Shown in pieces: positions 50,596 to 59,027 of a stretch of DNA of 64,000 nucleotides. This DNA comes from Ruminococcus sp. UBA4383. Lineage in GTDB: Bacteria > Bacillota > Clostridia > Oscillospirales > Ruminococcaceae. Below the pieces are notes generated by a model. It was not told the DNA's origin. It was given only the letters and a program-made list of their open reading frames with translations, and searched no databases. The position numbers and the translations under genes are program-made. Position 1 is the first letter of the stretch. Every line of letters begins with the position of its first letter. Where the stretch lies: the NCBI GenBank assembly GCA_002389995.1, contig DGRR01000219.1:19103-83102 (forward strand), in the 5' to 3' direction.

Positions 50596-52001
50596 TGAAA
50601 AAACCTGTTATTGCCCTTATTGCCCTTATAATTGCCGCAGGCGGTTCAACAGGTGCTTTCCTCGCAGTTAAAAATAAAAATGACAGGGAATCACAGAAAC
50701 AGCAGGAAATGCTTGACGATAATGTAATTTTTTCTCTCGATTCGGCAAGCATAAACAAAATTACCTTCAATTTCCCAGACGGAAAATATGTTGCCGAACT
50801 CGCTGACGATACATGGTCGCTTACAGAATCGGCAAGCGGAAATTTTGTGCTTAACCAGTCAAAATTACAGCTCATAACTACCTATATTTCATCACTGACC
50901 GCAAACGCAAACTATGAGGAAATTACTGACGACAAGAAAAAAATGTACGGTCTTGATGACCCTTATACGCTTACCGCCTCGGACGGAAACAATGACTATA
51001 CTATATATATAGGCGATATAAGTCCCACAGGCGACTACTTCTATGCAATGGCAGAAGGAAAATCCAATATATACGGCATATCCTACGATTCAGCCGTTTC
51101 ACTTATGGCAGACAAACTCAGTATCGCTTCACCCAAAATAACTTCATACGGAGATTTCACCATTTACGGCATAAAACTCGAAAAAGACGGCGATATCGTC
51201 TATGACCTCAGAAAAGATGAAAATTCTATATGGCATCTTCCCGATGAATACAGTATGCTCACACTTGACGGTTCAAGAATCGAAGCTATTGTCACTAACC
51301 TTACAAGAATGGAGGCTCAGGAAATCCTCTCCATTGACCCAGATAAAAAATCCGACTACGGTCTTGACAAGCCCGATTCAGTCCTTACACTCACAGGCAA
51401 GGACGGCTCTGAGGAAAAAATACTTTTCAGCAGTGAAAATACCGATTCCGCTGACTATGTAAACGTTTATATTGAAAACTACGGCTTTACCGAAAAATAT
51501 TACAGCGCAGACACTATATTCAGAAATTACAGTCTGTATGACCTCATATCAGATGTAATCGAGGGAGCTTCAATGTACTCTGTAAACGGCTTTGAATTTG
51601 ACTGCGAATATGCATCAGATGAATTTACAGTCGATAACAGCACAGGCATTGTCACCTGCCGTGGCTATCAGGCTGATTTGAATGATGCGGAAATTCTCAG
51701 TTTCTTCAAAACTTTCTATAATCTGCTTGCCTATATAAATATCTCTGATGTCGATACAGATGCAGAGCCTGAACTGAAAGACCCTGCATTTACTGCCGTT
51801 TATCACCTTACATCGGGCGAGGACAGGAAAATTCAGCTTGTCCCGACTGAAAAAGATGAAAAATTATGCTATATTTTCGTTGATGAAGAATATATCGGCA
51901 CTGTTGCGGATATTTCTTTCCTTGACAACGGAAACGCTTCGGTAATACCTGCATATCAGAAATTCTGCGAACACGCAGGAATAGACGCAAATATGAAATA
52001 A
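50595..52001 (+). CDS. DUF4340-like membrane-anchored protein
   Basis: N-terminal TM, two repeats with YGLDDP/YGLDKP; usual fourth gene of Gld-like operons. Confidence 0.8.
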   Translation: MKKPVIALIALIIAAGGSTGAFLAVKNKNDRESQKQQEMLDDNVIFSLDSASINKITFNFPDGKYVAELADDTWSLTESASGNFVLNQSKLQLITTYISSLTANANYEEITDDKKKMYGLDDPYTLTASDGNNDYTIYIGDISPTGDYFYAMAEGKSNIYGISYDSAVSLMADKLSIASPKITSYGDFTIYGIKLEKDGDIVYDLRKDENSIWHLPDEYSMLTLDGSRIEAIVTNLTRMEAQEILSIDPDKKSDYGLDKPDSVLTLTGKDGSEEKILFSSENTDSADYVNVYIENYGFTEKYYSADTIFRNYSLYDLISDVIEGASMYSVNGFEFDCEYASDEFTVDNSTGIVTCRGYQADLNDAEILSFFKTFYNLLAYINISDVDTDAEPELKDPAFTAVYHLTSGEDRKIQLVPTEKDEKLCYIFVDEEYIGTVADISFLDNGNASVIPAYQKFCEHAGIDANMK

Positions 52002-52003
52002 TT

Positions 52004-52029
52004 AAAAAGGGGATATTTTTCCCCTTTTT
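52004..52029 (+). terminator. Terminator
   Basis: AAAAAGGGGA / TCCCCTTTTT. Confidence 0.75.
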
Positions 52030-52060
52030 ATTAGATATTTTAGTTATATTATACTAACTT

Positions 52061-53008
52061 ATGGAGGGATTTATTTTGAATGAAAATATGTCTTTCCCCC
52101 GAAATTCTTCGGAATATACAGATACAAACGAATATGAAGTATTCGAGGGAATAAGAATAGTTTATACTAATATACATAATCAGACTTACAGATTTTCAGA
52201 AAAAACAGAAGATAATATCCTCGTTATTGACCACTGCCGTGAGGGAAGACTTGAACAGAATACGGGAAAACAATATTATTACCTTTCCGCAGGAGATATG
52301 TCCATAGGCAGACAGATATCCGACAACGAAATATATTTCCCGACAAGCAACTATCACGGAATATCTGTCCTTGTCAACCCCGATTCTTCAAAAAAATGCC
52401 TTTCCTGCATACTCGGAAAAGATGCTCCCATGCCTGCGGATATATTAAACAAATTCTGCTCGGAACATGAAAAATTCATTATCCGCTCAACTCAGCGGAT
52501 TGAACATATTTTTTCGGAATTGTACACCGTCCCCGAAAATATTAAATACGGCTATATGAAAATAAAAGTCATGGAACTCCTGCTCTTTTTAAGCACCGTT
52601 GACCCGTCTGAAAATGTCATGGAAAAACAAAGCTGTACTCAGTCTCAGGTAAGCCTTGCAAAAAAAATATGTGCATATATATGCGAAAATATAAATACAC
52701 ATATCACTATTGAACAGCTTGCGGATATTTTCGGAGTATCCCCCACTCACCTGAAAAAAAGTTTCAGAAATGTATACGGCTCATCTGTATATGCCTTTGT
52801 ACGCTCCCAGAAAATGCTCAGGGCTGCCGCCCTTCTCCGTGACACTGACCGCACTGTACTCGATATTGCAGGAGAATGCGGCTACGATAACGGAAGTAAG
52901 TTTTCAAAGGCTTTCAATGCAGTTATGGGTACTACTCCAAGCATATTCAGAAAAAATAAACAGGATATGGAAAGCCTTAAATTTGAAAGAATAAATAAGT
53001 TCAAATAA
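52061..53008 (+). CDS. AraC family regulator (PchR-like); true start may be TTG 52076
   Basis: HCREGRLE, KVMELLL, C-terminal double HTH TIEQLA...GYDNGSKFSKAF. Confidence 0.92.
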   Translation: MEGFILNENMSFPRNSSEYTDTNEYEVFEGIRIVYTNIHNQTYRFSEKTEDNILVIDHCREGRLEQNTGKQYYYLSAGDMSIGRQISDNEIYFPTSNYHGISVLVNPDSSKKCLSCILGKDAPMPADILNKFCSEHEKFIIRSTQRIEHIFSELYTVPENIKYGYMKIKVMELLLFLSTVDPSENVMEKQSCTQSQVSLAKKICAYICENINTHITIEQLADIFGVSPTHLKKSFRNVYGSSVYAFVRSQKMLRAAALLRDTDRTVLDIAGECGYDNGSKFSKAFNAVMGTTPSIFRKNKQDMESLKFERINKFK

Positions 53009-53105
53009 TATGCCACGCAATAAGGATTTTTTATAATCTTATATAACATAAATCATTATACTTTATACAACTATACAAAAAATATCCGCTTTGTGTGCAT
53101 ATTTC

Positions 53106-53134
53106 TTGACATATTCAGGGCTATGCTATAAAAT
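53106..53134 (+). promoter_or_regulatory. Sigma-A promoter
   Basis: TTGACA-17 nt-TAAAAT. Confidence 0.7.
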
Positions 53135-53169
53135 ATACTATGTGTAATTTTATATAAGGAGATGTTTTT

Positions 53170-55140
53170 TTGACTTTTAAAAGATGCGTCGGAGCGATTA
53201 CGGCTATTGTGCTGACCGCTTCAATATGCAGTTTTCCTGCACCGAAAGTAAAGGCTCTCGACCCTAAAATCGAAGAAGCTGTTGAATGGATTCTTGATAT
53301 AACCGCAGACGAAACTCACGGTTACAGTCAGGCTCAGAGAGACGGTCCTGACTATGACTGTTCCTCACTTGTATATCATGCCCTTGAAAAAGTAGGAATA
53401 CATACAAGCGACTTTACCTTCCGTACATATGATATGCACGCCCTGCTCATACCTGCGGGTTTTTCATATATCCCGTGGACAAGCCTCAAAGATGTTTCAA
53501 ACCTTAAAAGAGGTGATATCCTCTGGCGTTGGGAACACACCGAAGTGTATATCGGTGACGGTCTCGAAGTGGGAGCGCACAGCGATACCCCCTCCGCAGC
53601 TTATCCAAAACGTTCAACAGCTACGGGAGATTTGGGTGACGAAATTTCCATAACTCCCTTCTATGCTGGCTGGACAGGCGTTTTCCGCTATAATGAGGAC
53701 GGCGCACCGCTCGAAAATGATGACGAACTCGAAATACCTTTCCCAAGACCGCCTGTTGATTACCCCATTCTTATGAAAGACTGTCAGGGTATATATGTAC
53801 AATGGCTTCAGTATGCCCTTAATGATATCCTCGGATACTCAACGGGAAGCTACGGCGTTGACGGCGATTTCGGAAGCGCAACCGATTCGGCTGTAAAGAA
53901 ATTTCAGGAGGATAACGGTCTTATAGTTGACGGTGAAGTAGGTCAGGAAACTATCAATAAAATAATCGAACTGATTTCAAGCGGAAATACCACTCCCGAC
54001 CCCAAACCTAATCCCAATATCGAAGAAGGTCATGTGATGACTGATGAAGAAGGAGCAGGCAAAACTGTCCCCGAAGGTGACTACATTATATATAGTTCAC
54101 TCGATATGAAATATTACCTCGATACCCCAATGGACAATGAAACATATGAGGGCGAAAACGTTCAGATGTGCCTTGACAATCAGTTCGCTCCCTCCCCCTA
54201 TGATATATGGACTTTCTCATATCAGGACAACGGTTTCTATAAGATAAAACAGAAAAATACAAATATGTGCCTTGATGTATACGGCAGCGCACTCATGAAC
54301 GGTGCTAATGTTCAGGTATGGGGCGATAATAACAGTGATGCACAGCTCTGGTCTGTAAGAAAAACCGATAACGGCTATACTTTACAGTCAAAATGTAATT
54401 CTTTCTTCCTCGATGTAGAGGGCGGCAATATAGCTACTGATACGAATGTTTCTACATATGAGGAAAATAATGAAAAGAATCAGAGTTTCTGCTTTGTACC
54501 CGTAACTGAGGAAAGAGCTTTGAAAGACGGAGTTTACAGAATACAGGCTGCCTGCAATAATTATTTCTTCCTCGATGCTGACGGCACAAGAGGAGATTTT
54601 GCGGACGAATCAAATATTCAGGTCTCAAAAGATAAATATGAAAATTTCCGCATAGAATATCAGGGTGACGGCTGGTATAAAATCTATGAGGAAAGCTCAG
54701 GTCTCGCACTTGATGTCAATAATCCCGATAACGGTGCTTATTTCTCCGAAAACAAGAGAAATATCCAGCTTTACAGCAGTAATGACGAAAGAAGCCAGCT
54801 CTGGAAAATAAGACGTGAAAACGGTCACTATATCATAATATCCGCCCTCAGCGGTTACTGCCTCGGTCTTGCGGAGGAAAACTGTTTTGAAGGTCAGAAT
54901 ATTGTCCAGATTCAGCACAGCGGAAGCCATACCCAGCAATGGAATTTCGTTCAGCCTTTCGCCAAGGGCGATGTAAACCTCGATAATAAAATAACTATCG
55001 CTGATGCAGTGCTTATGGAAGAATATATCCTCGGTGCAATCAGTCTCGATACCGAAAAATTTGAAAACGCTGATATAAATGCAGACGGCGTTGTTGATGT
55101 TTTCGATATGATAGAACTCAGAGAAATTATCACAGGTTAA
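53170..55140 (+). CDS. Secreted NlpC/P60 peptidoglycan hydrolase + PG-binding domain + two ricin-type lectin domains + dockerin
   Basis: DYDCSSLV and GDIL...HTEVY; LQYAL...VDGDFG..T..AVKKFQ...VDGEVG; QLW/QQW repeats; GDVNLDNKITIAD / ADINADGVVDVFD. Confidence 0.88.
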   Translation: MTFKRCVGAITAIVLTASICSFPAPKVKALDPKIEEAVEWILDITADETHGYSQAQRDGPDYDCSSLVYHALEKVGIHTSDFTFRTYDMHALLIPAGFSYIPWTSLKDVSNLKRGDILWRWEHTEVYIGDGLEVGAHSDTPSAAYPKRSTATGDLGDEISITPFYAGWTGVFRYNEDGAPLENDDELEIPFPRPPVDYPILMKDCQGIYVQWLQYALNDILGYSTGSYGVDGDFGSATDSAVKKFQEDNGLIVDGEVGQETINKIIELISSGNTTPDPKPNPNIEEGHVMTDEEGAGKTVPEGDYIIYSSLDMKYYLDTPMDNETYEGENVQMCLDNQFAPSPYDIWTFSYQDNGFYKIKQKNTNMCLDVYGSALMNGANVQVWGDNNSDAQLWSVRKTDNGYTLQSKCNSFFLDVEGGNIATDTNVSTYEENNEKNQSFCFVPVTEERALKDGVYRIQAACNNYFFLDADGTRGDFADESNIQVSKDKYENFRIEYQGDGWYKIYEESSGLALDVNNPDNGAYFSENKRNIQLYSSNDERSQLWKIRRENGHYIIISALSGYCLGLAEENCFEGQNIVQIQHSGSHTQQWNFVQPFAKGDVNLDNKITIADAVLMEEYILGAISLDTEKFENADINADGVVDVFDMIELREIITG

Positions 55141-55143
55141 AAT

Positions 55144-56127
55144 ATGAATAATATAAGAAAAGCCCATGAAAAGGATATTTCCCGTATTGCCGAAATTATC
55201 GTGGTGAATTACAGAATTAATTTCTATCCGTTTTTCAGAAATGATGAGTTTTATTTCGGTGAACTAAATGTACTTGATACTGCAAAAGATTTTTCAGAAA
55301 ATATGCTTGAAAATACTTTCGTCTATGATGACGGAATCATAAAAGGCATTGTCTGCACAGACGGCAGGGAAATCAAAAAGCTTTTCGTTGAACCTCAGTT
55401 CCGGAACTGCGGTATAGGCGCACAGCTTCTGAATTTCGCAGTTGATAACCTGAATACTGACTTTCTCTATGTCCTTGAATATAATAAACGTGCAGTTAAA
55501 TTCTATCAGAAACACGGCTTTGAACTCACAGGCGAAAAATTCATTGAAGATGATATCGTCCCTATGCTGAAAATGTCTCTTAAAAACATTCAGCTTAAAG
55601 AAATACCGCAGAACTCCCCTGAAAAATCTGTCCTCGAAAAAATTAATCAGGAGGCTTTCCCACAAAATGAAAGAATCTCTATTAATGACCTCTATTCTTC
55701 AAATAAAGACGGAAATCTCAGCATTATAGGAATATATGCGGATAATATCCTTTCGGGCTTCTTTGTAACAAGAAAATTCAAAAATATTGTGTATATCGCA
55801 TATTTTGCGGTATCTTCCGAAAAACGCTCAAAAGGTATCGGGAGCAGGGCATTGAGACTGATTAGAAATTATTACGAAAATTACCGCTTTATCGTGGAAT
55901 TTGAATCACCTGACGAAAAATGCACAAATAATAATATCCGCCTGCACAGACGCAATTTTTACCTGCGGAACGGTTTCTTTGAGACAGGTTTGTATAACAG
56001 ATACAGGGACGTTGAATTTATTGTCGCCTGCTCCGAAAATGATTTCACAACGGAAGAATATATGGAGTTTATCGCTCATCTGCGCTCGATAGTCCCTGAA
56101 TACAGACCTGAAATATACAGAAAATAA
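55144..56127 (+). CDS. Tandem GNAT acetyltransferase
   Basis: Two acetyl-CoA motifs (FRNCGIG..FYQKHGF and KRSKGIG..FYLRNGF). Confidence 0.88.
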   Translation: MNNIRKAHEKDISRIAEIIVVNYRINFYPFFRNDEFYFGELNVLDTAKDFSENMLENTFVYDDGIIKGIVCTDGREIKKLFVEPQFRNCGIGAQLLNFAVDNLNTDFLYVLEYNKRAVKFYQKHGFELTGEKFIEDDIVPMLKMSLKNIQLKEIPQNSPEKSVLEKINQEAFPQNERISINDLYSSNKDGNLSIIGIYADNILSGFFVTRKFKNIVYIAYFAVSSEKRSKGIGSRALRLIRNYYENYRFIVEFESPDEKCTNNNIRLHRRNFYLRNGFFETGLYNRYRDVEFIVACSENDFTTEEYMEFIAHLRSIVPEYRPEIYRK

Positions 56128-56129
56128 AT

Positions 56130-56165
56130 AAAGCCCGAAAGCTTGAACTTTCGGGCTTGTTTTTT
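56130..56165. terminator. Bidirectional terminator
   Basis: AAGCCCGAAAG / CTTTCGGGCTT. Confidence 0.85.
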
Positions 56166-57138
56166 ATTCCTGAGAAATAATTTCCTTATAAAATTCAGAG
56201 TAGTCTTTTCTTCCCTGTTTTGTAAATTCAATTGCACTTCTGGGGTGCTGGTTGAGAAGTCCTGTCATGAGATACTGGAAATCATATCCCCATACTGCGC
56301 CTGCTTCTCTCACTTCGGGCATATATTTTTCAATGAACTGAATAACGGGGTAAACATTATATTTCGGATTTTTGAGGAATCCGAGGAGAAGTTCCATTGA
56401 ACAGTTTCCTGCACCTCTGCCCATGCCTGAGTATGTAGCATCAAGCCAGTCAACACCGTCACCGACCGCCTCTATTGTATTTGCAAATGCAAGCTGCTGG
56501 TTATTATGTGCATGGATACCGAGATTTTTATTGTATTTCTCCGCAAATTCTCCGTAAAGTGCGGAAATTCTTGCAATCTGTTCGGGATAGAGCGAGCCGA
56601 AACTGTCAACTATATAGAGGGTATCGACAGGAGTTTTTCCGAGAATATCAAGTGCTACCTTGAGGTCTGTTTCCTGAGCGTTGGATATAGCCATAATATT
56701 ACAGCTTACCTCATAGCCCTTGCTTTTTGCATCTTCAATCATATCAACGGCTGTGGGTATCTGGTGGATATAGGTTGCAACACGGATAAGGTCAACAGGG
56801 GATTCACTGCGGTCATGGATATCCTCCTTGTAGTTGCATCTGCCGACATCAGCCATAACTGCGATTTTAAGGTCTGTATTGTTTTCGCCTACGATAGACC
56901 TTATATATTCATCATCGCAGAATTTGCACGGACCGAACTTTGAAACATCAAACATTTCCTTGTCGCCCTTATAGCCAAATTCCATATAGTCAACGCCTGA
57001 GCGGAGGTTTGCGGTATAGAGAGCCTTTACAAAGTCATCGGAAAAGCGAAATTCATTTACAAGTCCGCCGTCCCTGAGAGTTGCATCAATGACCTTAATC
57101 TGCGGTCTGTAATCCATTAATTTAGATATTTCCTTCAT
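56164..57138 (-). CDS. DRE-TIM metallolyase, 4-hydroxy-2-oxovalerate aldolase-like
   Basis: DATLRDGG, VDSFG, HAHNN, GMGRGAGN. Confidence 0.85.
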   Translation of the reverse strand: MKEISKLMDYRPQIKVIDATLRDGGLVNEFRFSDDFVKALYTANLRSGVDYMEFGYKGDKEMFDVSKFGPCKFCDDEYIRSIVGENNTDLKIAVMADVGRCNYKEDIHDRSESPVDLIRVATYIHQIPTAVDMIEDAKSKGYEVSCNIMAISNAQETDLKVALDILGKTPVDTLYIVDSFGSLYPEQIARISALYGEFAEKYNKNLGIHAHNNQQLAFANTIEAVGDGVDWLDATYSGMGRGAGNCSMELLLGFLKNPKYNVYPVIQFIEKYMPEVREAGAVWGYDFQYLMTGLLNQHPRSAIEFTKQGRKDYSEFYKEIISQE

Positions 57139-57201
57139 AAAAATTTTCCCTTCATTCTTTTTGCGCTGTAACGCTTTAAAGTGTATTAGTATCATGAATA
57201 C

Positions 57202-57230
57202 AGTATATCACAAAAAAAGTTCGTTGTCAA
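57202..57230 (-). promoter_or_regulatory. Promoter of the aldolase-like gene
   Basis: TTGACA-17 nt-TATACT with extended TG. Confidence 0.75.
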
Positions 57231-57242
57231 GGGTTTTTCAAT

Positions 57243-57276
57243 AAAAATATCCCCGCAAATCACGGGGAATATTTTA
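57243..57276 (-). terminator. Terminator
   Basis: AAAATATCCCCG / CGGGGAATATTTT. Confidence 0.7.
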
Positions 57277-59013
57277 TTATTCTGCGTTATTGATGTAGAA
57301 TGTTTTTCCGAGCTGTAAGGCTATAAATTCGCCACGCTCATATATATCGTCTATTGCCTCGCACATGAGAAAGCCATATATTATATCTTTATAAAAAACA
57401 GGCAGTACAATAAATCCCCTGCATTTCATTGAAGTTTCATCACGGACAAAAATATCTTTTGTACGGCAAAGCTGTCTTTCTTCCGACATAAGATATACTT
57501 CACCGTCCCTTACTATGCATTTAAGGTTTATCATATCGGGGAGGTATGCATTGCTTTTGTAGTCATACACAAAGGGTTTTTCAAACATATAGAGTGCAGC
57601 GTTATTTACGCCGAGCTTGTTAATATTCATCAGTATATTATTATAATCGCCCTTTTTGTCAAACGTCCTTGCTATGAGGAAATTGAGGAGTTCTTCTCTT
57701 TGATATACAAGTCTTTTTTTACTCTGTATGCTTTCTTCTGAGAGTGCAGTTATGGCATTGTCTTTCATTTCAAGGAAAAGGCTGTTTATCATGGCATTTA
57801 CGGCTGATGAAGAATTGATATTATTCATGGCTTTCTGGAGTTTGTCCATACTTTCGAGAAGTTTCTGTGCATCGGTATATTTCATCGCACCTTTTTCAAA
57901 GAATTTATTTATCATTTTTACAACTTCATTGTAATCCTCGATACTCATATATTTTCTCTTTATGGCTCTGAGTATGAGGGATATAATTTCATAGAACAGT
58001 CTTTCAAGGTTTACGCTTTCCCTGTCCGAGGGTGATTTCCTGTATCTGTAAAAGCAATCTCTGAACATACGATAAATAAATGCAGGTTCAATATTAATCA
58101 TTTCGCCGACTGTATAGTCATACATTTCATAATAAAATGAATCCCTGCCGTAAAGTCTTGTTGAAACAAGTGCGGATTTTACATTTTCGCCGTTTAATTT
58201 CCTGAGCATAAGTTCCATTGCTTTGTCTCCGAGTGTGCATTCATATGCACCTACCGAGGAAAGCGAGGGGGTCATTTCGCTTGATGCTACTGTATTGTCA
58301 AATCCGAAAACAAGAATATCCTTTCCGGGGACAAGATTTCTCGATTCCATTACTCTGTAAAGTCCTCTCGCAACCGAATCATTTACGCAGAATATCGCCT
58401 GTACATCGGGATTTCTGTCGAGGAGCGCAGCGGCTGCCTCTGTGCATTGTGAGGACATATCCGTAACTTCATAATTTGTATCCGAAAACATAACATTATT
58501 TTCTTTCAGACATTCAAGGAATACCTGTTTTCTTGTGAAAGCGTCCTTATTGTCCTCACGGCCTCCGAGCATACATATTCTTGTAAAGCCGTTCACATTT
58601 ATGAGATATTCAATAGCCTCTGATATACCTCTTGTATTGTCATAATTTACAGTAGTTTCTCCCTCTATATCGGAAGCTATGAATACTTTCGGAATATTTC
58701 TTTTACTTTCGCTGTATTTGACTTTGAGATTTTTTTTGACCTGTTTATCCATGCTTCCTATATGGATTATAACGCCGTCAAATTCACATTGTTCGCTGAG
58801 TTTGAAAACTGAATTATATACTGATTTATATTCGCTTATATTTTCCCTGCTGTTATTTGTTTCGACATATTTTCCTGAAAGTATTACAAGGTTTATATTT
58901 TTCTTTTCGGGAATTGTCCTCATCATACTCTTCACCATATCCCTCGAAAAACTGCTGTTTATATCATCGAGTATAACAGCGATTACTTTTTCATGTTTTC
59001 TTCTGTCCCACAT
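57277..59013 (-). CDS. LacI-type sugar-binding-domain protein without HTH or catalytic output domain
   Basis: YDNTRG..AIEYL, AIFCVNDSVARG, VPGKDILVFGFDN, PSLSSV; helical middle and GAF-like tail LPVFYKDIIYGFL; no signal peptide. Confidence 0.8.
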   Translation of the reverse strand: MWDRRKHEKVIAVILDDINSSFSRDMVKSMMRTIPEKKNINLVILSGKYVETNNSRENISEYKSVYNSVFKLSEQCEFDGVIIHIGSMDKQVKKNLKVKYSESKRNIPKVFIASDIEGETTVNYDNTRGISEAIEYLINVNGFTRICMLGGREDNKDAFTRKQVFLECLKENNVMFSDTNYEVTDMSSQCTEAAAALLDRNPDVQAIFCVNDSVARGLYRVMESRNLVPGKDILVFGFDNTVASSEMTPSLSSVGAYECTLGDKAMELMLRKLNGENVKSALVSTRLYGRDSFYYEMYDYTVGEMINIEPAFIYRMFRDCFYRYRKSPSDRESVNLERLFYEIISLILRAIKRKYMSIEDYNEVVKMINKFFEKGAMKYTDAQKLLESMDKLQKAMNNINSSSAVNAMINSLFLEMKDNAITALSEESIQSKKRLVYQREELLNFLIARTFDKKGDYNNILMNINKLGVNNAALYMFEKPFVYDYKSNAYLPDMINLKCIVRDGEVYLMSEERQLCRTKDIFVRDETSMKCRGFIVLPVFYKDIIYGFLMCEAIDDIYERGEFIALQLGKTFYINNAE

Positions 59014-59027
59014 ATTATCCCCTCCGT

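Noticed and set aside
56164-57138. Aldolase-like gene as third member of the EAL/sugar-sensor operon
   Set aside because: A terminator and its own near-consensus promoter separate it.
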